From positions 134,724-198,723 of the IMG/VR virus record IMGVR_UViG_3300032234_000388: 64,000 nt of DNA; one strand, 5' to 3'. The notes beneath the pieces were generated by a model that worked only from the letters and a program-made list of their open reading frames with translations, ran no database searches and was not told where the DNA came from. Positions 57,894 to 64,000 of this stretch are shown in pieces (position 1 is the first letter of the stretch; each line of letters opens with the position of its first letter). The DNA is from a virus. Taxonomy: Duplodnaviria > Caudoviricetes. The position numbers and the translations under genes are program-made.

Positions 57894-58928
57894 ATGCCTG
57901 TAAACGACATAATCACGCAAGCTGAATATAATAATATTAGAAACAAGGTAATCGGTGTGCTCGGTACTGGTTCGGGAAATTCTGGCTACGGCCAGCCTCT
58001 TAACAGCACCGCAGTAGCGGAGGGATCGCGAGTTACTGTTAATGAATACGCTAATTTACGATTTGACATTATCAATGCTTGGGTACATCAGGCAGGATCT
58101 GCACCTTCTACGGTTGCAGTTGCAGTAGGAAATACAGTAAGATTTAGTGCAATTGATGCTCCGGTGACCACATACGATGCACTGGCTAATACTTTAATTA
58201 CAAATAGATTTAATGTGGGAGCCGGGCAATCGGCAATATCGATTCCTTCTAGTAGTCCTAGGTCAAGAACTTGGACAGGTGTTGGAACAGATTTTTGGAA
58301 TAGTAGTATCTCATGTACTATAGATGTACAATGGCCATCTGCTAATGCTGCTCGATTCTTTTTTAACAGTGGTGGACAGATTCGTATTGCCACTTCAAGA
58401 TCGGGAGGAAGTCTTGGTACAACACAAAATACTCAATGGACTACTATCTTAAACAGTGCCGGTACACAGAGTTTTGGCGCTAATAATCCCGGCACAGGAA
58501 CCAGTCCTATGAATGGGCAAAACTGGTACAGACTAACTAATTCGTTTCAAACGTACTACACTCTTGCAGGATCAAGCCCATACGGGTCAAACACATATAA
58601 TTTACAAGCTAGAGTCACTGATACTGCAGATAATTCTAGCGGTGCAGCAGCTAACAGTCAATTTCGTGTGCTGCTTAATGACAACTATGTAGATCCGGGA
58701 ATTGTTCCAGGCTCAGTTGCCTTCCCTCAAGGAACACCAGTAGGAATCGGTACCGCTGGTGGAGGAGTTCAAACAGCAACTCCTGCAGATTTCCCCCCAG
58801 ATGATAAAGTAGATGGAACTTTTTCTATAGCAGTTTCATTAGTCTTTGCTACCGGAGTATTGGTTCCTGCCCCCCTTGGCAGTTTTACTGTAACACAACC
58901 TACAATTACTTTTGGCCCATTAGGATAA
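57894..58928 (+). CDS. Virion structural protein, paralogue B
   Basis: 344 aa; RFFFNSGGQIR motif; TTTAAATA at 57864-57871. Confidence 0.65.
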   Translation: MPVNDIITQAEYNNIRNKVIGVLGTGSGNSGYGQPLNSTAVAEGSRVTVNEYANLRFDIINAWVHQAGSAPSTVAVAVGNTVRFSAIDAPVTTYDALANTLITNRFNVGAGQSAISIPSSSPRSRTWTGVGTDFWNSSISCTIDVQWPSANAARFFFNSGGQIRIATSRSGGSLGTTQNTQWTTILNSAGTQSFGANNPGTGTSPMNGQNWYRLTNSFQTYYTLAGSSPYGSNTYNLQARVTDTADNSSGAAANSQFRVLLNDNYVDPGIVPGSVAFPQGTPVGIGTAGGGVQTATPADFPPDDKVDGTFSIAVSLVFATGVLVPAPLGSFTVTQPTITFGPLG

Positions 58929-58953
58929 TAATTTTTCTCTAGATTTATCAGCC

Positions 58954-58961
58954 GCTAAATA
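58954..58961 (+). promoter_or_regulatory. T4-type late promoter (GCTAAATA)
   Basis: Heads the translationally coupled glycosyltransferase cluster. Confidence 0.55.
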
Positions 58962-58988
58962 AACTGCGCAGATAATTAAGGAGAAAAC

Positions 58989-59339
58989 ATGCACGAGCAA
59001 CTAAAAAAAGCTCTAGAGTTTGCCAACTATCAACAGACGTTTTCAATACAGCGTCGAATGCTCAAAGAAAAAATTGAAGCCAAATTAACCTATGGTTATA
59101 ATGGTGGATTTTTTCACATCGATAAAAATCTATTAACTTTTGTAGAAATCTTATGTACCAAAGGCCGCACAACAGGAGCGGTAATTTTAGATTCAAACGA
59201 AAACCCAATCTTAATAGATGACCTAGAAACATTTAGAGATGAAATATTTTCTAGATACTTTGAGTCAACTTATGAGTATTTTGAATCATATCAGTTGTTG
59301 AAAAAAAGTAGATCAGTTGAAAAGTTATTAGAACAATGA
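58989..59339 (+). CDS. Hypothetical protein
   Basis: 116 aa; strong AAGGAG RBS. Confidence 0.7.
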   Translation: MHEQLKKALEFANYQQTFSIQRRMLKEKIEAKLTYGYNGGFFHIDKNLLTFVEILCTKGRTTGAVILDSNENPILIDDLETFRDEIFSRYFESTYEYFESYQLLKKSRSVEKLLEQ

Positions 59340-60193
59340 CTCAAGGTATATTAATTTACGCTCACAACAGTCGGTCAGTTGATTACGCTTTAATGTCTGT
59401 AATTTCTGGTGGGTTAGCTAAAAAACATCTAAAAGTTTCTGTTTCCTTAGTTACAGATAAGTTTACTGTTGACTGGATGAAAAATTCTCAAATATATGAT
59501 ATCGCTAGCGAGGTATTTGAACACATTATAATTGTTGAAAAACCACAGACAAACAACAGTAGAAGATTGTACGACGGTACTGATAGTCTTGTGGTGCCTT
59601 TTATTAATTCCAATAGATCGTCTGCTTGGGATTTAACTCCTTATAATAGAACTTTGCTTATTGACAGTGATTTTTTAATTTTTTCAAACAGACTGGCCGA
59701 ATACTGGAATGTTGACAGCGATTTGATGATTGGTGAATCACTAAACGATATTTACGACAACAATAGAGTAGGATATCATGACCGATATATTTCCGATGTA
59801 GGAATAAAATTATATTGGGCTACTACTGTTATGTTTACTAAAAATGCAAAAACACAAATATTTTTTGATTTAGTAAAACATATTAAAGATAACTATCAGT
59901 ATTACGCAGATACCTATCGATTTGACAGTAAACAATTTAGAAATGATATTGCATTTAGCATAGCAAAACATATTTTAAACGGGTTTGAACAAAATAACAC
60001 AGAAGATCTGCCACCAGTGCTAACGCTACTTGATAAAGATATTCTTTATTTGGCTGATAAAAAATTAACAGTATTGATTAGTCCAAGATGCGATGCAAAT
60101 TTTTGTGCAGCAGCGATTTCTAATACAGACATACATGTAATGAATAAACAAAGTATTATTAGAAATAAAGAGTCACTACTGGAATTATTATGA
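59336..60193 (+). CDS. GT-A fold glycosyltransferase-like protein (GT8-like)
   Basis: LTPYNRTLLIDSD DxD motif; FRNDIAFSIA. Confidence 0.7.
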   Translation: MTQGILIYAHNSRSVDYALMSVISGGLAKKHLKVSVSLVTDKFTVDWMKNSQIYDIASEVFEHIIIVEKPQTNNSRRLYDGTDSLVVPFINSNRSSAWDLTPYNRTLLIDSDFLIFSNRLAEYWNVDSDLMIGESLNDIYDNNRVGYHDRYISDVGIKLYWATTVMFTKNAKTQIFFDLVKHIKDNYQYYADTYRFDSKQFRNDIAFSIAKHILNGFEQNNTEDLPPVLTLLDKDILYLADKKLTVLISPRCDANFCAAAISNTDIHVMNKQSIIRNKESLLELL

Positions 60194-61032
60194 GCTTTGG
60201 ATATTTACTAGTAGTTTCAGAACACGACACAGTTGACTATTTAAACTTGGCCTATGCTTTGGCTATCAGCATTAAAAATACTCAGAAACCGGGCTACGAT
60301 CAAATAGCATTAGTCATCGATAATAAAGAAAAAGTTAATCGGTTAAAAAGCTCTTGGGTTTTTGATCATGTAATCGAATGGGACCAAGAAACATTTTGGG
60401 ACGGTAGATCTTGGATGGATCAATTGTCTCCTTTTGATGCTACAGTATGTCTTGATGTAGATATGTTGTTTATGAGAGATTACAGTCACTGGATCGATTA
60501 CTTTTTAGAAAATTGTGAATTATATGTAGCAAATAAAAGTTATACCTATCGAGGAGAACTAATTGACAATTCGTATTATCGAAAAGCATTTGTAAAAAAT
60601 AATTTACCTAATCTTTATAGTTTTTATACTTTCTTTAAAAAAGACAGTGACCTAGCTCGAGATTTTTTTGAGCTTGGCCGTCAGATTATAAAAAATCCTA
60701 TAGAGTTTACCAATACATTTTTAAGTGAACACAAGCCTAAAATTTTAGGAACTGACGAAGCATTTGCACTGTCAGCAAAAATTTTAGATATTCAAGATCA
60801 AATCGCCTATCCTTTAGAGTTTCCACGAGTAGTGCATATGAAACCTATGATACAGAACTGGCCATGGCCTGCAGACCTATGGTCAGACCATATTGGATTT
60901 TATCTTAATAAAAAAGCCGAACTTAAATTAGGAAATTATCAACAGCTAGACATTGTGCATTATGTTGAAAAAGATAAAATTAACACAGAAATGATTAGCA
61001 TACTTGAGGATATCGTATGGAAAAAATCGTAG
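60190..61032 (+). CDS. GT-A fold glycosyltransferase-like protein (GT8-like)
   Basis: LSPFDATVCLDVD DxD motif; TDEAFALSA; paralogue of the previous gene. Confidence 0.7.
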   Translation: MSFGYLLVVSEHDTVDYLNLAYALAISIKNTQKPGYDQIALVIDNKEKVNRLKSSWVFDHVIEWDQETFWDGRSWMDQLSPFDATVCLDVDMLFMRDYSHWIDYFLENCELYVANKSYTYRGELIDNSYYRKAFVKNNLPNLYSFYTFFKKDSDLARDFFELGRQIIKNPIEFTNTFLSEHKPKILGTDEAFALSAKILDIQDQIAYPLEFPRVVHMKPMIQNWPWPADLWSDHIGFYLNKKAELKLGNYQQLDIVHYVEKDKINTEMISILEDIVWKKS

Positions 61033-61634
61033 ACTTCGACCAGTGGTATCTCAATTGGAAGCCAGCGCCGGTTGAGTATGTGGCAGTATTTGATCCTCAA
61101 ACAGGAACAGTCCTAAGTGTTGGACCGTCACATGCATTTATTAACGAAAAATATAAAGTTCCCGTTGACAAAGAAACAGCCGAATCTATTATTTCAGGAG
61201 AAGTTAAAATAAGTTCGTGTGTTATCGATATTAACTCAAATACTTTAGAAGTAGCAGAAATTAAATCTGTCTTTAAAATTGATAATGTTTTGCATAGAAT
61301 TATTTCAATAGAATATGCAGACGATACTCCACCAGATATCTATATAACTTATAATTCAAAAAATAAAAGTTTAAAAATTGAGTTATCAACAGAATTTGGT
61401 GGGACTAAAGTTCCTGTAGTTCCTGTTAAGGAACGTCGAATTTTGTGGGACGGTGATACTGAAATGAATTTTTTTATTACTGACTATAATGATCCTAACG
61501 TGCTTTTTGAAACAATTTCTGTTAAAATAAAGGATCTAATTGGTAAATCAAAAACGTTTAAAAATATTAATTGTAAACAATTTAGTGTTTACACTAGACG
61601 ATTATTTAAAAATTATGTGATAGCATACAAATGA
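61017..61634 (+). CDS. Hypothetical protein
   Basis: 205 aa, overlapping its neighbours in the operon. Confidence 0.65.
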   Translation: MEKIVDFDQWYLNWKPAPVEYVAVFDPQTGTVLSVGPSHAFINEKYKVPVDKETAESIISGEVKISSCVIDINSNTLEVAEIKSVFKIDNVLHRIISIEYADDTPPDIYITYNSKNKSLKIELSTEFGGTKVPVVPVKERRILWDGDTEMNFFITDYNDPNVLFETISVKIKDLIGKSKTFKNINCKQFSVYTRRLFKNYVIAYK

Positions 61635-62524
61635 AAATTATTGAATTCGACATTGTTTTTTTAAGCTACGACGAACCTAATGCAGATTTGCATTATGCTG
61701 ATCTGTGCAACAAGGTGCCTTGGGCTAAACGAGTTCACGGAGTTAAAGGTTCAGATCATGCACACAAAGCTGCAGCCGAACTAGCAGAAACAGAATGGTT
61801 TATTACTGTTGACGCAGATAATATTGTAGATCCTAAATTTTTTGATTTAGATCTTGATATGACAGATCCTAAAATACAGGTCTACGGTTGGTGCGGACGT
61901 AATAGTATTAATGGATTACGCTACGGCAACGGCGGATTAAAAATTTGGAAACGTGATTTCGTGCTTAACATGCGAACACATGAAAACTCAGACACTGAGC
62001 GAGGCCAAGTAGATTTTTGTTGGGAAGACGGATATCGTAATTTTCCACGAGTCTATAGCGAAAGTATTATTACCGGATCACCATTTCAAGCATGGAGAGC
62101 AGGATTTCGTGAAGGGGTAAAAATGACCTTACTTGACGGAGTCCGTGTTGCACCCCAAGAAATTAAAGAACGCATTTGGTGGCATAACGTTCATAGATTA
62201 CGCATGTGGTCAACAGTTGGTGCTCATGAGGAAAACGGTAAGTATGCTATTCTTGGTGCTAGAATGGGAACATGGATGGCTAACTGCACAGACTGGGACT
62301 ATGTACAGGTTCGAGATTTTGAAATATTACGAGATTTATATTCTCGAGAAGTATCAGTTATTACCGATATTGATCTAGAAATTCAAAAACTAGGAGACAA
62401 AATAAAATATAATCTAGGATTAGATTGGCCTTTTTTAACTCCTCAACAAAGCAAGTATACTATAGATCTTTATGATGAGACTATTAGATTAAATGCAACT
62501 TATTATCAACAATGTACGATATAA
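61631..62524 (+). CDS. GT-A fold glycosyltransferase-like protein (GT2-like)
   Basis: DIVFLSYDEPNAD, RVHGVKG, TVDADN and YGNGGLK motifs. Confidence 0.7.
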   Translation: MKIIEFDIVFLSYDEPNADLHYADLCNKVPWAKRVHGVKGSDHAHKAAAELAETEWFITVDADNIVDPKFFDLDLDMTDPKIQVYGWCGRNSINGLRYGNGGLKIWKRDFVLNMRTHENSDTERGQVDFCWEDGYRNFPRVYSESIITGSPFQAWRAGFREGVKMTLLDGVRVAPQEIKERIWWHNVHRLRMWSTVGAHEENGKYAILGARMGTWMANCTDWDYVQVRDFEILRDLYSREVSVITDIDLEIQKLGDKIKYNLGLDWPFLTPQQSKYTIDLYDETIRLNATYYQQCTI

Positions 62525-63210
62525 TTTTTATTAGCTATCAAGAATCTAATGCAGACAAAAACTTTGCAAAATTAAAAGCAAGGTTTCCTCAAGCGCAGCG
62601 TGTACATGGAGTTAAAGGCATACACCAAGCACATATTGCAGCTGCCAAAAAGTCTTTTACTAAAATGTTCTGGGTAGTTGATGGTGATGCTGAGATTTTA
62701 GATACCTTTAATTTTGATTATGTAGTACCCAAAGAAGATTTGGAATGTGTTCATGTTTGGCGTAGTCGTAATCCGGTTAACGGATTAGAATACGGATACG
62801 GCGGTGTAAAATTATTACCCAAGATGTTGACACAAAATATGGATGTAACAAAAACGGATATGACAACAAGTATTAGCCAATGGTTTAAAATTATGCTAGA
62901 AATTAGTAATATTACAGCATTTAATACTGACCCATTCAATACTTGGAAAAGTGCTTTTAGAGAATGTTGCAAATTGGCAAGTAGAACCATAGACAGACAA
63001 GAAGATGCAGAAACTCAACAGAGATTAGAGGCATGGTGTTCTTTAGATGAATCTATACCATATGGATTTTATTCTCACCTCGGAGCATTGAGAGGAAAAT
63101 ATTACGGTGAAAAAAATAAAAATAATCCCGAAGGGTTAAAATTAATTAACGACTTTGATTGGTTAGAATCTGAATTTAATAAAATTAAGGAACGAATGAG
63201 TGAACGATAA
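62512..63210 (+). CDS. GT-A fold glycosyltransferase-like protein (GT2-like), paralogue of the previous gene
   Basis: DIIFISYQESNAD, RVHGVKG, VVDGDA and YGYGGVK motifs. Confidence 0.7.
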   Translation: MYDIIFISYQESNADKNFAKLKARFPQAQRVHGVKGIHQAHIAAAKKSFTKMFWVVDGDAEILDTFNFDYVVPKEDLECVHVWRSRNPVNGLEYGYGGVKLLPKMLTQNMDVTKTDMTTSISQWFKIMLEISNITAFNTDPFNTWKSAFRECCKLASRTIDRQEDAETQQRLEAWCSLDESIPYGFYSHLGALRGKYYGEKNKNNPEGLKLINDFDWLESEFNKIKERMSER

Positions 63211-64000
63211 GGCTAGAATACAAAAGTTTATTCCCATAATGAACAAAATCTCGCCTACTTTCTGTATGGCTAAATGGCATCATACAACCATTTATCTTCA
63301 AACAGGTGAAACACATAGTTGTTATCATCCTGCTCCTCACAAGATTCCCCTAGACGAAATTATTGTTGATGCTAGTGCTTTACATAATACCACTCAAAAG
63401 AAACATGAACGTTTAGAAATGCTTAATGGCGAAAAACCTAGCGGTTGCAATTATTGTTGGAATATTGAAGCATTAGGCGAAGATTATATCAGTGATCGTA
63501 AAGAACGTAATTCGACAATATATACACCTCAAAGATTTCAACAGATTAAAGAAGGTGATTGGGATCAAAATATTAATCCACAATATATAGAAATTTCATT
63601 TGGCAATGAATGCAATTTTAAATGCGGGTATTGTCATCCTAAACATTCTAGCAGTTATTATAAAGAAATCAAAGACCACGGTCCTTATGCCATGGTCAAA
63701 AATCATCGCAACGACATCGATTGGTTTCAAATCTATGAAGAAGAAACCAATCCTTATGTAGAAGCATGGTGGCGCTGGTGGCCAGAAGTTCGAAAGACAT
63801 TAACGATTCTGCGCATCACAGGCGGCGAACCGTTGTTGCAACAATCAACATGGCGATTGCTAGATGACTTAGAACAGAATCCGTTGCCTAACTTAGAACT
63901 TAACATTAACACAAACTTTGGTGTAAAACCTGTTCTTATAGATCGACTTGTGGAAAAAGTAAACAATCTAATTGCTAAGGGTGCTATCAAAGATTTTAAA
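63200..64000 (+). CDS. Radical SAM protein with N-terminal SPASM/twitch-like Cys cluster; runs off the window's right edge
   Basis: Absent from the ORF track. GTG at 63200 reads MNDKARIQKF...FCMAKW..HSCYH..CNYCW..NECNFKCGYC (CxxxCxxC)..ITGGEPLL. Confidence 0.85.
   Translation, partial: MNDKARIQKFIPIMNKISPTFCMAKWHHTTIYLQTGETHSCYHPAPHKIPLDEIIVDASALHNTTQKKHERLEMLNGEKPSGCNYCWNIEALGEDYISDRKERNSTIYTPQRFQQIKEGDWDQNINPQYIEISFGNECNFKCGYCHPKHSSSYYKEIKDHGPYAMVKNHRNDIDWFQIYEEETNPYVEAWWRWWPEVRKTLTILRITGGEPLLQQSTWRLLDDLEQNPLPNLELNINTNFGVKPVLIDRLVEKVNNLIAKGAIKDFK

Noticed and set aside
1-64000. Stop-codon reassignment, as seen in some large phages
   Set aside because: The standard code already gives near-complete coding density with intact very long ORFs

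Overview
This window is part of a large lytic dsDNA phage distantly related to the T4-like myoviruses; it uses the standard genetic code and shows no tRNA, CRISPR array or integrase. The minus strand (1-17320) carries receptor-binding and structural genes, two MGRPL-starting paralogues, and the head module (major capsid gp23, scaffold gp22, protease gp21, acidic core protein, portal gp20), followed by a tape-measure-like gene. The centre holds a gp26/gp51-like chaperone locus, two putative internal head proteins, a ~500-nt non-coding gap, and a minus-strand run of gp55 (late sigma), gp47, gp46, a small basic protein and a GIY-YIG protein. The plus strand (24539-64000) carries the baseplate module (gp48/54-like, gp53, hub, spike, gp25, gp6, a 4616-aa wedge protein), four paralogous fibres, two paralogous distal structural proteins, and a late cluster of four glycosyltransferase-like genes plus a radical SAM enzyme. 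The most notable unannotated signals are: (1) a large multi-helix, pseudoknotted RNA-like element (19753-20116, minus strand) directly behind a stand-alone GIY-YIG gene; (2) a probable programmed -1 frameshift (T TTT TTC plus hairpin) joining the gp26-like and gp51-like ORFs; (3) a duplicated 5' leader RNA motif with compensatory base changes in front of both MGRPL genes; (4) T4-type late promoters (TAAATA), several of them giving leaderless mRNAs and one overlapping an RBS-occluding hairpin; (5) a probable virion glycosylation system. All homology calls come from motifs I recognised by eye, not from database searches.
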